Below are positions 13,328 through 26,195 of a DNA stretch of 64,000 bases, one piece after another. Origin of the DNA: Anthoceros angustus (taxonomy: Eukaryota > Plantae > Anthocerotophyta). Both the position numbers and the translations under genes were made by a program. Numbering within the stretch: position 1 is the first letter of the stretch; every line of letters starts with the position of its first letter. The notes beneath the pieces are model-generated. The model was given only the letters and a program-made list of their open reading frames with translations. It made no database searches and was not told the DNA's origin. Location of the stretch: contig VJWM01000221.1 of assembly GCA_010909165.1 (NCBI GenBank), positions 1-64,000 on the forward strand, read 5' to 3'.

Positions 13328-13462
13328 TTATATAGTCCTAGCCTTGGATCCTACTGGTCACTTGACCTTGAATCCTATTGGTTACTTGACCGGAGTCCTA
13401 TTGGTTACTTGACCTTGAGTTCTAGCATTTACTTGACCTTGAGTCCTATTGGTCACTTGACC
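13328..13462 (-). promoter_or_regulatory. Putative promoter of lipase-GTPase gene: TATA box plus 24-bp tandem array with 5 W-boxes and CCAAT motifs
   Basis: CTATATAA on the minus strand at 13328-13335. TTGACC at 13362, 13386, 13409, 13433 and 13457. ATTGG (CCAAT) at 13377, 13400 and 13448. Confidence 0.6.
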
Positions 13463-13499
13463 TTGAATCCTCCTAGTAACTTCACTTGCCCTTTACTTT

Positions 13500-13880
13500 T
13501 GGACTTTCTAGAAGATACGTTTTTGGACTTTCTAAAAGATTCTCTGTAGAAGATTCGTGACTTTCAAGTTTGTTATTTTTAGGACAATGGGGTTGTTAAT
13601 TTTAGTGACCAGGACCGGGTCCGTCGACTTGTGGACTTTCTAGAAGATACTTTGTTGGACTTTTTAAAACGTACTTTGTAGAAGATGCGTGACTTTCAAG
13701 TTTGTTATTTTTAGTGATTGTGGACGGGGTGCATTGACTTTTGGACTTTCTAGAACATACTTTTTTGGACCTTCTAAAAGATTCTTTGTAGAAGATGCGT
13801 GACTTTCAAGTTTGTTATTTTTAGAGCACTGTGACTTTCAAGTTTGTTATTTTTAGGGCACTCTTCACAACCTATTTTTA
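13500..13880. repeat. Imperfect tandem repeats upstream of the W-box array
   Basis: gtgactttcaagtttgttatttttag recurs at ~13557, 13690, 13800 and 13831; ggactttctagaa motif recurs. Confidence 0.75.
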
Positions 13881-14211
13881 GGGCACTCTTCAAATGCTAC
13901 AATCCAAATCGAAGGAGATCTTATGTGAAATGAAGAAAAACAAATGGCAGTTGCTTTGAGCGCGCTCGCGTATGAACCGTGATTGTGGACGGGGTCCATC
14001 GATGGTGGTATGTACGTCCTTGGTAGGACCCTCTGCCTTCCGGGACCCTCTTCCTATCTTCTGCTTCATGTTGATGACAAGGGCTAATTTCTCTAAAGAA
14101 TGCCTCTGTTTTGGAGGAGATTGAAGACCCTCCTTCCTCCTTGGCTTGGTTGCAGGAGAGTGTCGTGATTGGTGCTCTCGTTTTCCAGGGTTTTGTGTGT
14201 GGATCCCACGC

Positions 14212-15270
14212 TCATGTGCTCGGAAAGCCGTGCCAGTCACTCGGACCCGCTCCTTGTGTACGAAATACATCCACGACTGGCATCTTCAGAGAATCGTTCA
14301 AACGGCACGTGAATTCAGTTGCAACGAGTTTAGATTGGAAGCAAACTCTAAACTGATGAAAGAAATACATAGGGGCTTAACCGTGGGCTGAAATTGTTGA
14401 TTTAAGGATGCTGTGAGGGCCTTGTTATCGAAGCTGAGCAATGGACAATTCTACTCCACTTGAGGCCAAATACATTCAGACCCCAAAGAAAGGCAAAACG
14501 CAGACAACCACAATCATGTTCACACTGTCGTCATATCAGAGCATCCGGGACAAGTGTAAGAAGTGATCCGGAAGAAGTGACCAGTTCCAGACAGAACCTA
14601 TGGGAGTCTGGGAACGTCAGAATGTGACCTGAAATAGCTCGTCTTCCAAATGGCATGGAATGCTGTCAAGAACGTTCTTCTCTGCAGTTTAAAATTCCCT
14701 GCTGCGACGTAGTTGTGGAAATTTGTGGAAACTCACGCCTTCGAGAACCTGGATGTGACAAGTTAGTTGGCGAGCATCCTGGAAAGATTGAAATAGAGAA
14801 GGAAATTACTTATGGACGAAGGGAAGTTCATGTGCAAATGAAGCAGTGAGCGCAAAACGAGACCCACCTGGATGAGTGCGGGAACAGGGGCAGCAGTTTC
14901 GGGCCCCTGCAGGACATTCATTTCACATCCAGTTAATGCACCCTTTCCAGTCCTCTGCTGACATCAACCGCTTGGTCCCTGGAAACCATCTCTGCATGGA
15001 AAGGGAAAATGTGACTGTCAACTCTTCTCGTGTCGTTCTTCGTAAATCAAGTAGCCATGCACCATCATCGCCATACTGGTCCTTCACGTGCCTTGTTGAG
15101 CTTTAGAGAGGGCAAGTGCTACAGGTGTACAGTTGTATCCTCGCGCTCGACATCTAGGATCGATGAATGCCTTGTATCAGATGGAATACGAAGATTTCTT
15201 TCCTTGAATATCGCGTCGTATTTTACGAGGGAGTGAAGGTTGTGTTCTCAACCGCACCTTTGTAACATGC
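14212..15270 (-). other. Duplicated segment X with small exon-like blocks of unknown origin
   Basis: Re-occurs at 39113-39500 and 40503-41473. Short AG..GT bounded open blocks on the minus strand (e.g. GPETAAPVPALIQ, DARQLTCHIQVLEG); no family recognised. Confidence 0.35.
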
Positions 15271-15275
15271 TATGG

Positions 15276-16724
15276 TCTCAACGTTGTCTGTAGCATGCCA
15301 AAGATTACTTAATGCTGGTAGGGCCACATCAAGGGAAAACGATATCCCCAGGTATGCAAAGCATTGACTAAAGAAGCTCTTACCTCAGACGGGAAACTTT
15401 TAGCAAAAGACACAGAAACCATTCCGTGCTGATCAGCGAGGTGTCAAAGCCAATATGATCAAAATGGGCTGCCAGCCTGTGAAAGCCACCAAGACTTCTG
15501 TGAGACACGAACTTGAGGTGCTAACTCTGCGGTCGCGTACAAACATGTGGAGTTAGACGACGCACCGTGGACATTTTTCACAAAAACTTCGTTGAAGACA
15601 CGCTGCTGGACGTGACACCCTGTCAGGTTCTCCGAGTAACAATCACTGAACAGAACACTTTCCAGCAATGCGGCGAGCATCCAGAAGGCCTGTTCCTCGG
15701 TTTTCATCACAAGGAGCAACAGTGCTGCCACATAGTTCATTCCCTGAATAGAGTAAGCAGGCTCGGCGTTATAATCCATCCATACCCCCAAAACCTTAAC
15801 AGGGCCTCGGATTCGCACAAGTTAAAGCTTTTGATACACAGGAAAGGCACTCCTACCTGGCAATAACCAATATCAGAATCTCGAAATGAGTAGGCAACGA
15901 GGATCCGACGCAATGTAGCCCTTCCTTCCTCGCTGTTCACCCAAGGATGAGATGGAAATGTCCTGGATAGATCCTACAGGACGTCACACGCGGTAACATG
16001 TTGCCTTGCCTCAGGAGGCCTTCAAGTTAAGCAAGTTGGCAGATGGGGCCACCACGTCTACAGACATCTCCTGCTTTGGAACGAGCTCAAATGGGAAACT
16101 TGGTCAATCTGGTGTGTCGCAGGGGTTTGCCTATCAACCACAGCTTCAGTGAGGTCCTGGTAGTAACTATCGGGCACTGTGGATCGCTTCTTGGCAGCCC
16201 CAGACAAAGCCTGCCAAACTCGAGGTCTCAGAGACGGAGGGATGCCTTTCCAAATCAGCTTCTTCAGCTGGACAGACCTTGTTAGGTTGGATATGGAGAG
16301 ATGACACAAGGTTGCCCTGCTCAGAATGAGCCGAAATTTCCGGCTGCAGATACCATCCTGCACCCTTGTTTGCCTCCATAGCCCACCACACCCGACCCTG
16401 CTCGGCAACCCTCTCCTTCACGAGATTGAAAACCACAGCATCTTCGGCAGACAGCTCGAGACAGAATCCATACATATCTACAACTTTAACGGTGATGTTC
16501 TTCCGTGTGTGAGTCAATCCTCTGCTCTCCACTCGGGTTTCCCCGGGATAACCTCGAACCAGGGCATCCTGAGAACCTCCCAAACGCTCAAAGCCGAACA
16601 TATTCGTGGCTGTTCCACGGGATGACGCTAGGGTTGCTGTAGGACTTCCCAAATAAATTTAGCCGCTCTTGGCTCTTCCGAATCCTCCCACCAGCGGCTC
16701 GCGTGCACGTTTTGAGACTCGCAT
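15276..16724 (-). pseudogene. TBC-domain Rab GTPase-activating protein (GRTP1-like plant clade), 3'-truncated, copy 1
   Basis: Exons give DMYGF..GRVWWAMEANKGAGWYL, KGIPPSLRPRVW..SGAAKKRSTVPDSYY, DLSRTFPSHPW, AYSFRDSDIGYCQ, GMNYVAALLLLVMKTEEQAFWML and TEWFLCLF. The last exon breaks off after TTLR at 15276. Frameshift near 16300. Confidence 0.85.
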
Positions 16725-17950
16725 GTCGTCTGAAGAACCCCAACTGTCTGTCTGCGCTCAGTAGACCTCGGTTACACTCCTGCTCCGATTCTCATATGTT
16801 AGATAAATATTTCGGTTACACTCCTGGTCTGATTCGCTGCTAGTATGATCCTCATGTGCTGGACATATGTCAGTCACATTGCACGCTTCATCCCGCACTC
16901 ATGCAGCTTTCAAATGACCAAGCCTCGGCAGCAAAACCACCTGACAAACATACCACAAAATCCATCAAAGAGCCGTTCCCATCCACTATCCTCACCACTA
17001 CAGCAATCCTGGAAAGGCAGAACTGGCAAATCACTTCACCAAGCCAGAATGCCAGCGATTCCCCTCCTGAACGGGACGAGAGGTTGCAAATGAGTCGAAC
17101 CGCAAACGTACGGGTTGCCAAATTCCGACCACAGCTCGGAAGGCTGATTTCCGGCACTCTTGCGCATCAACGATCAGCAGACCTAAAGTCAGCAGGCACT
17201 CGAAAACACTCTAACCACGAATCACAGCAAGCGCAATGTCTGCTACGCCGCAGAGCAAGCGCTCCCGTTCGGCATCACAAAACCCCAGCAGAACACATGA
17301 TGCGCCAGTTCAAATTCCGAACGAAGCAAGCCAGAAAGAAAACACGGAAACCGTACAATGCCATTCGAAAACATGCAGCCACTCAAAAACAGGACAGCAA
17401 GCTTGAGTCACAGCTACCGGCAAGCACAGTCCACTTCAACAAAACTCACCAGGCACAGATCGGGCACAGCGCATCCGTCCTCAAGCACACGGTCACCCCC
17501 ACGCTCCTGGAAGTCGCAGCTAGCCCTGACCGAGATCCGCTCCCACGGCTCCAACGGTCTCCGTCTCCACCAAACCGGCAGCAGCGCAGGAAACAGGAAC
17601 AAGCAGCGCAGCGGGGCAACAGAACCCGGCGTCTGAGAGCGGAAGCTGGCGGAAGGGCTGGCATAACCGACAAAGCAAAGCGCCACCGATCCACGGCCCA
17701 GCCAGCCACCTTGCGGGAGCGAGCATCAAGCCCGAGGCTCAAAATCGCAGATTTTCCCGCCCGCTGCACAAGCAAAAGCAGCAGGCGGCATTGCACCAAC
17801 CAGCTGCGGGCGCGTGGGGTTTGCGACAGGGAGGAGGCGGAGAAGCAACAGCAGAAGCAGCAGTCGTAGCAGATGTGAAGACGTAGAGCATGTGGAGGCG
17901 CTGTTGGAGGTAAGCTAACAGAGATGTGGGGCTTGTGCCTTCGCACAAGC

Positions 17951-18294
17951 TGTTACGGCCCGACGACCACGTGCCAGGATAACTTAGCACTTAGCCTTGC
18001 CAACGGGAACGAGGCTACCTGGAAGAAGAAGTCGCACGACCGTCGGCGCCGCGTTAGAGAATCCCACTGGGAGTGTGTGTCACCGGCTGCCTCAGCCCAC
18101 AGCGAAATAGAAAAAGGCCGCAAGTCTCCCGGTCGTGAGGAAATGGCCCAGTGTACACTAGGGAATGTGGAGACTTTATAAACGGAACGAGATGGGAAAT
18201 CCCAATCTACCGGAGGCGAAAAAGGGACAACCACGACGACGGGGCACCAGGTTAGAGGCGTGCCCCGCACTAATATACTCTATAACGCCTAACA
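17951..18294 (+). mobile_element. Solo LTR, 344 bp
   Basis: TGTTA...TAACA termini, internal TTTATAAA, and further copies at 8594, 19717, 28649 and a 3' part at ~3170-3232. No TSD. Confidence 0.6.
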
Positions 18295-18605
18295 CGGCAA
18301 TTCTGTAAGGAGGTTAATATACGAACCCCTTTCGGTGTTGCAGAACCCCTTTGACGAAACCCACTGGTACCTAAATTACGCAGCAATCACGTCTCCTTAC
18401 AATGGACCATTCTTGGCCCCGAATAAGTCATGAACAACACAATTGAGGCATACACATACGAGATGGCCTGGCGCTACCGGATGAAGCCATGACAAAGACA
18501 AGACGGACGTTTTAAATGTGCACATTGCAAAATGGCAACTGGCGGACACATGTCATAATGAAGTTGATGTCGGAATCCTAATACATTGAACCCTACTCAT
18601 GCGGG

Positions 18606-19075
18606 CTATTCTGGTCTCAACGGGCCTTGAACCCGCACATATGCACACAAGACCGCAGCGTGCTCAAGTTCTTCACTACAACACCGCACAAGGAGAAGGC
18701 ACATCGCACCCACTCCAACAAAATCACAATGCCACCACCTCACAACCCTAGCACTGCATGTGAAGAGCATTATTCGGCTCAAGTCCTTCACTGTAACATT
18801 GCACACAAGGAATGATCAAAGGAGCCGCACTCGGCACCCACTAAAGCACCCTCACACGCCCAAAGACCTCACATGAGCTCGCACATGTCCTCACTGCACT
18901 GGCCGGGCACACTCCGGCGACCTCACGCAAAGATCTCACGCCCGCACGCATGTGCACAAGAGCATTCCTCGTCAAGTCCTTCACGACATTGCACACAAGA
19001 ATGAACAAAGGAGCTGCACCTCGGCACCCACGGAGCACCCTCACACGCCCAAAGACCTCATTGAGCATGCACATA
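18606..19075 (-). pseudogene. Degenerate LRR-like repeat segment (copy 2)
   Basis: Same repeat family as 733-1500; minus ORFs read CNVVKDLTRNALVHMRAGVRSL and CNVTVKDLSRI. Confidence 0.4.
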
Positions 19076-20047
19076 TGCCTCGTCGAGCAAGCGCTCCCGT
19101 TCGGCATCACAAACCCCAGAACACATGATGCGCCACTCAAATTCAACGGCAAGCCGAAAGAAAACACGAAACCGTACAATGCCATTCGAAAACATGCACC
19201 ACTCCAAAAGCAGGCAATAGCTTGAGTCACCACGGCAAGCAATCCACTTCAACAAAACTCACGCACAGATCGGGCACAACATCCGTCCTCAAGCACACGG
19301 CCACCCCGCTCCTGGAAGTCGCTAGCCCACGAGATCCGCTCCACGGCTCCAACGGTCTCCGTCTTCACCAAACCGCAGCAGGCAGGAAACAGGAACAAGC
19401 AGCGCAGCGGGGCAACAAAACCCGGCGTCGAGAGCGGAAGCGGAAGGGCCGGGCATAACCGACAGCAAGCGCCACCGATCCACGGCCCCGCCACCTTGCG
19501 GGAGCGAGCATCAAGCCCGAGGCTCAAAATCGCAGATTTTCCCGCCCGCTGACAAGCAAAAGCAAGAAGCGGCATTGCACCAACCACCGCGGGCGCGTGG
19601 GGTTCTGACGAGGAGGAGGCGGAGAAGCGGCAAAAGGCGTCGTGGCGGTGTGAAGACGTAGAGCATGTGGAGGCGCTGTTGGAGTAAGCTAACAGAGATG
19701 TGGGGCGTTGCCTTCAGTAACGGCCCGACCACGTGCCAGGATAACTTAGCACTTAGCCTTGCCAGCGGGAGCGAGGCTACGGAAGAAGAAGTCGCACGAC
19801 CGTCGGCGCCGCGTTAGAGAATCCCACTGGGAGTGTGTCACCGGCTGCCTCAGCCCGCAGCGAAATAGAAAAGGCCGCAAGTCTCCCGGTCGTGAGGGAA
19901 ATGGCCCAGTGTACACTAGGGGAATGTGGAGACTTTATAAACGGAACGAGATGGGAAATCCCATATACCCGGAGGCGAAAAAGGGAACAACCACGACGAC
20001 GGGGCACCAGGTAAGAGGCGTGCCCCTGCTCTAACATACCCTATAAC
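19075..20047. repeat. Degenerate duplicate of 17250-18290 (TBC upstream region + solo LTR)
   Basis: Collinear with 17250-18290 with many 1-4 nt deletions; runs directly into CRE copy 4. Confidence 0.8.
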
Positions 20048-20825
20048 CCTCAATCCTCCCCAAGATGTCATCGTCCGAGATAGGGAAGGGCCTACTTACC
20101 ATTGGTGCCACCGATGCCGCATCTCTAGCACTCGTGACCATCCTAAAGATGGCGCTGGCCAACACCCTTTGCAGGGGGATGGAAACCCGTTGCCTGAAAT
20201 ATTCCACGACACTGGAGAGGGGAGGCCAACGCCGCCCCTATCGTTGTGGTAGGCCCTTGCGCACTCCTTGATAAAACGAGAAAAAACCTTACCTAAGGCC
20301 CTATGGGTTTCAATGGCAAGGAGGATGAAAATATGACCTTGTTGCGTGGGCCTGTACTTGTAAATTTTCTTAGTTGCGCTCCCTTCTGCCGCCCAACCTG
20401 GAGGGTTGATGATGACATGGTCGCTAACGGAATCTCTGGTTGGGTCAGTGACAACCACGTCCGCAACCGAGACATATCCCATCAAGAAAAGGTCATGATA
20501 GAGACGCCATTGAGCGAGTATCCGCTCCTTGAAAGGGAAGAAACCGCCTCCTTGGCCATCGAGAACATGACGTCTTGAACGGTCAGAGTACGTGTGTCGT
20601 TGTCCACCCATTGGACAACGCACTAAGTGGGCTCCAGGGTCGTCGATGGAGGCCCCACAGCAGCAGGCCGGAAGAGAACAGGCTAGTGGTTGGACCAGAC
20701 CCAGGCGAAACTTCATTGCGATAGAAAAGAAGGCGATTGAACGCTGGATGCAAGGCGGGCGAGTCGAACTCGCGAATTCCCTAAGTAGGCGGCGAGCTCT
20801 AGCAGGACGAGGAATAGACATGAGG
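20041..20825 (-). mobile_element. CRE-like RLE fragment, copy 4
   Basis: ORF 20096-20821 includes ACCCGASIDDPGAHLVRC, ADVVVTDP, KKIYKY, AIETHRALGKVFSRFIKECARAY. Confidence 0.8.
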
Positions 20826-22259
20826 TAGGTGGTAACACCAGGAAAGGCTTATATAAGAAGCTACATATACAGTGAATTTTCTATTTAGTCACCTAGTCGG
20901 TCCTGTAACATTTTGTGATTCTTACAATACATCATCACAATCAATGCAATTTAAAATATTATTTTTTCTCTTCCTACAAGACTTTTGTTTTCAACAATTT
21001 ATCATTCAAGGTTACCAAATACCCCGAGTGCACTATCCGTAATAGGGAGCAAGAGCAGATCAGCAAGTATATGTTTTTTCCACTCCTCGCTGGTTAGAAG
21101 GGTGTGGCACAAAGTGGAAAAGTGGAGGGGACGCAGATGCAAGGTGTGGAGAAGTTGATGGCGGCCGGTCTGTGGTGGGCCCATGCCAAATGTCTTAAGA
21201 TTCAAGCGATGCAAAAGGTCTTTACTACTAGTTCAAGTTTTTGATCACGAGATAAAAGATAAGGCGTAAGTCAAGATGAGGACATTTTTAGATTACAGAG
21301 GTTCACAAAAAGGGTTGAAAACGCTAGAAGGAACCCTTTAAAATGAAAAAAAATCAAAAAAAAGTAAAAAGAACAAAAAATGCCAAAACTCAAGGGCAAC
21401 TGCACGCACTTGTATCTAAAAACTGAAATTTTTTGGGTTTGTTTCATATTTGTTTTTGATGTTTTGTTCATTTTTTTGGGAATGGACCGTATGGGAATGC
21501 ACTAGGAAGCATGGACCGTATGGGTTCATGCCTCTGATCTTCTTGACCCGGTGCACACAAGTGCATATTCTTAAAGTCTACATTTCTTTGTAATCCCATT
21601 GTAATGCACTATAGTGAACTTTTTATATACATACTCATGTTTGATCGAGGCTAGGCTAGGCGCGAGGCAGTCACATTCATTCTAAGTCTACCCGAAATCG
21701 AACCCCCAGGGAGTAAGGAGGTCCAAATATTCGCACTTGTGCACGAGATGGCACTCCATGCAAAGATGGCACTTGCCCATTGGAGGGGCCCAAGCCACGG
21801 GGACTAGCTCTCGTTATCTGGAAGCTATCTATCACTCCCAATCTTAGGATTCTTTACCCTGGAGCTATTTTTAAGCTATTTAAGATGTCGGTAGTCTAGA
21901 ATAAGGAAGGGTATGCTTGCCACTAGACCTGAAGATGCAGCGCCTTCCTCATTCGAAGTCCTCTTGATAATCCCTTTGCAGGTTGCCGAAAGAAAGCCAC
22001 CACAAAACACGATTGCCGGAAGAAAGCCACCACAAAACGAAAGGTGACAAAAAATACAATGTTTCTGTGGATTCTTAATTCTTTATCATATATTAAATTA
22101 TATATATTATGATTTATGTATACAAACGATTCAAGATCTCCTCATATGGGGGGGTGTGTGTGTGGAGACGAAGTAAACGGGAATAAACTTAGCGTGTCTT
22201 GCGGACTCGGTGAAGAGAAATTGACGAACCCCGTTTTCTGAGTGGGATGTGATGCCCAA

Positions 22260-25200
22260 TTATATTTTCTTGTTATGATTAACAATTAATCATAACAAAA
22301 AATACAAATAATATCTCCTTGTTGAATTGAGCCAAGAAAGGCCACAGCAAGGAGAGCATGCAGTTCGCCATGCTACTACATAATGCGGCTTTGCCGGAAA
22401 AACCAAATGAAAGTAGGGTTTCGCCAACTCATGATTGAAATGTACAAGCGGTGGCCTATGCTCCTTGCTCATGCATCACAATCACAGGCTGGGACCATTC
22501 TCACAATCATAAAACACCATCCAAATTTGACAAACAATGCAACAATCTACACCCACACAAATACTGTGAACGCGAACTACTTGTCAAGGAGAAGTGGCAA
22601 ACTGAATTGCAACGGAAATCATCTGCGAAGCGGGAGGAAGAAGACATGAAGCTTCTTGGTTTTTCCAGCACACATCCATCACAAGATGCAGGTTTGCTTC
22701 AAAGAATCATCCAAACGGAAGTAACCAGCCAACAATCATCGACATCCTGCCATAAGCTCAATACACTCAATCTGGACATCCTACCTGGTACTGCACCAAA
22801 CTCAAATACTATGCAACTTCGAAGTCAGCTGTCTAGCATTGGAAGACTCCAGTTCCAATCCCCTTCTCGAAATAGTATTTTGCAATCTCTCTCTGCAGCA
22901 GCAGGCTTTCCCTTCTACAATGTCTTTCTCCCAATTAGAGTTTCTACCGTGTTCGCAGCTGGAATAGCGCCTCCATGACCACCTGTCCGCCCGACTCCCA
23001 CAAGCATCTTTCAAAGGGATAAGAGCCCTTGCAACCTAGTCGAACATTGTCCAACTCCGCTCTTGTCGTTTTTCTTGTCCTATCCATGCCTCAGCCGGAA
23101 AGACCATAAAAAGCAAGACACTTGATCCGAAAACAAAAGCAGTGCCAAAGGCGATCCAGTATACCTCGGACGAAGATGCTACCGAATTGTATGCATCATC
23201 GTGTGCTACGATCCTTTCAGGATTGAAAGAACCTTTTGGCTCCGTCCTTCAAGAGGACACCCCTCTCCTTGAGCGTGATGCGCTCCTCATACAACTCCTC
23301 CTCGATCGCATCTGGCGAAAGCACATTTCTAGGGTGATGTTGGAGCAGATGGCAAATTCCTCCTTCATTGTTGAGCTTCTCAAGGTTCAATTCTTGCCAA
23401 ACCTTTGCACCTTTGTACCTTGCGGTGGGAATCCATATGGTTCACCAAAAGCATCTTGCACACTTTCTTCTTATCAATCGTTTGGCCAAGCTCATGGTCC
23501 CTGATTTACGCACGTCTCCTTGAACATGAACACATGTGAAGCAAAATCAGCACCCGTTCAAGCACTTTGCCAGCCAAAAATCCTCGTCAGCGGCAGTGGA
23601 TTATTGGTGCCACAATCTGACGGAGTGTGGACCGGGAAAGTGGCAGTCACACACTTGCATACTTGCGTGTGTTGATTAGGAGTGACCTTCTCGATTATGC
23701 ATGCCAATTCACCTCCGCCACACTTGCTCAACATGGATTGCACAAGAGTGGACTTGCCCATTCTCCTCCCCAACCACAAGAATTACTTTATAGAAAATGC
23801 GGAGTTTCTCATCCGCCAAATGTCATGTATCACGGTATCGGTCCACAAACCGTAGGCGAGACTCTTGCTAACATCCCGTCTTCCTGCGAGGTTTGATGGA
23901 ACCGTGTTCCGGGAGCTTGGAGTGATTTCCGTTCAGAGTTTCAAAACATCCGGAGTGGTCCTGCGCATAATCGTCCTCTCCGACTCCAAATCTGCTGCTA
24001 CTCATCTTCTCATTCCAAGCACCAAGCAGCGAGAAAGTCTTCATCATACTTTCCCGGTTTACCTCGTCCTCTAGTATAATTTGTTTCGGTTCCATCGATT
24101 GCACCATGAGGCGGACGACACTACTTGGTCTTTGGGATTGCTACAATTCCTCACAGCCGCTAATCAGCTAGTATCGCCACTAGTGCATACGCAATTAAGT
24201 TTGGCTACGACACTAGCTCTGAGTACTGCGACTCTTGCGGGTCTCGGTTTACGATCAAACGGATGCTTGAGCATTGTTTTCATCAATCCCTCCATCATTA
24301 TGTTCAAATATGTCTTCTCTATTTCTCAAAGGAGCATGTCGCGGTGATAACCGCGAGAGTCGAGACCTTCAGCCGCAAGTCATCACGATGAGGGTTGCCA
24401 GGTGATTGTCGACACCTCCGCCAAACTTCGTGCGGAATTGAAAGGGTATTTGTGTGCGTGAGGAAAGGTTGTCTTTGCGGTGGGAGGGTCTAAACCGTGT
24501 AACAAGCTCCCATGGTCCTGGTCACGGTTGAAACACGTTTTAGGCGGGCAAAGGCGGTAATCGCTTCAGCCACAAGGCTATCCTCATAATCTTCACTCCA
24601 ATGGTTTGAAGGTGTTCTCTTTGTTGTCACCCGCGAGCATGTATCTCCGATTGGATTGTCTTATACGTGAGACAATCCTTTTCAGCGTCCATGCCTTCTA
24701 TATTTTGAAAGGCATAAATCACATGTACCTTTCTTCGCATCGCGAAACCTTGTCACCTCTGCATTACCATTTCAGAACGTCCTTAACCCTCGCCTCTCGA
24801 AACAAGAGCTCCGGATGTTCTCCGTCACGGACACAATAATCTTCTTGATGCAGTCTGCGACAACCAAGCATCTTAGGCGGTCCGAGTTCAACTAGAGGTG
24901 GATCAACATGACAGGATCGTACAACTACGGTTGGTTGCCACTTGGACCACTTGAGGATTTTCACCAAGTAGACCGCCATTTTGTGAGACTTTATGTGCCT
25001 ACGTGATTTCGCCCGGCTCCTCCCGGCTTCAGCCGATGCTATGGTAGAAATTATCGGACTTCTCCCGCCCATGGGAACATACCCATCGTTACCGTTGTGT
25101 GAAGTCCGCACTCTGCGCTTCACCTCAGTGCAACTAGTTTGGTGATGTAGCTGCGGCCTTGAACAACATCTCTTGAGCGAAATCCCTCGCCCACCCAATC

Positions 25201-25936
25201 ACAGGAGATCGGCCACGTCCAGACAGGTATTTCAAACTTTCCTTCACGTCGTAAAGATCGCCAATTTCGGGGGCCTCACTTGATCGAAAATGGCCTTCTT
25301 CACGCCCTGCCAGGTCTTGTGGGCATTGCAAACCGATCAGGCGGGTTGTTGAAGACTCGGGAGCAGGTCCCCTGGTGTCACAATGTTGAAGAGCCTTTCC
25401 TCGATGCCATTCTTTCTCGGTAGCTTGCGGCTCGCGCCAATGTGGGGAGCCCCAAACCCATGCGATGACCCGAACTTGTCTAGTATTGTCCGGAGAAAAG
25501 TGGCCACTTGTGATAAGAACGGATGCCGCCTCCCAAGCTATGCCGCAGAACACCACTTTTGTGGGGGCCAGTAGCGTGGGTGTTGGACTTGAAGAGGTCG
25601 TGGAGGCGCGGCGGCGGCCAAAGGCGCCTCGATGGAAGAGGCCATCTGGACCGTCCATGCACCCGAGATCATTGTTGTTCGTTACCTCTGCACGGTGTCG
25701 ATCGGGCACGTTGCAGCTCTTGGTGCCCGGAAGCGGATGTGCCATCCACATCACAGCACACCATCTTCGTACCTCGTCCTCGGCCGCCGTGGTGTGGACG
25801 AACTCGGTGGTCCAGTGGGACCTTCGCACCTCACTTTGAGTTGAGCTTGGTCATGGTGAGGCGGCGGTGAGAAAACGCTGGCTCACAGCAGCCAGCAGCG
25901 GTGGAAGCTTCTGCATTGCCCTCGGCCAGTCGCCAT
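22260..25936 (-). CDS. Lipase 3 - hydrophobic segment - GTPase-like fusion, copy 2 (heavily frameshifted)
   Basis: ATG at 25936; collinear with copies 1 and 3; GKSTLVQSMLSKCGG in ORF 23558-23779. Confidence 0.55.
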
Positions 25937-26195
25937 GGGCCAACAATGTCCTTCACTCTGTCACCTCAAGCGGTAGGAAAAGGGTGAGACTTTATAAAGA
26001 GATGAGACTTTCTGAGAGGAGCAGGAACACTCCCATACACTACAGTAGGGCTTGATGTAGTCCTAGCCTTGAACCCCATCGATCGTGGCAGAGGTCCGGG
26101 TCCAACTAGAGGCGGATCATCATCATCAGGATGAGGGTGAACTAGAGTTTGCCGCCCACTGGACCACTTGAGGACTCTCTCCAAGTAGACCGCCA

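Noticed and set aside
16856-17869. 337-aa plus-strand ORF
   Set aside because: Low-complexity, no motifs, and the frame is not preserved in the duplicate at 27550-28589; probably TBC upstream or UTR sequence.
17946-18299. TSD around the solo LTR
   Set aside because: Flanks CAAGC and CGGCA do not match.
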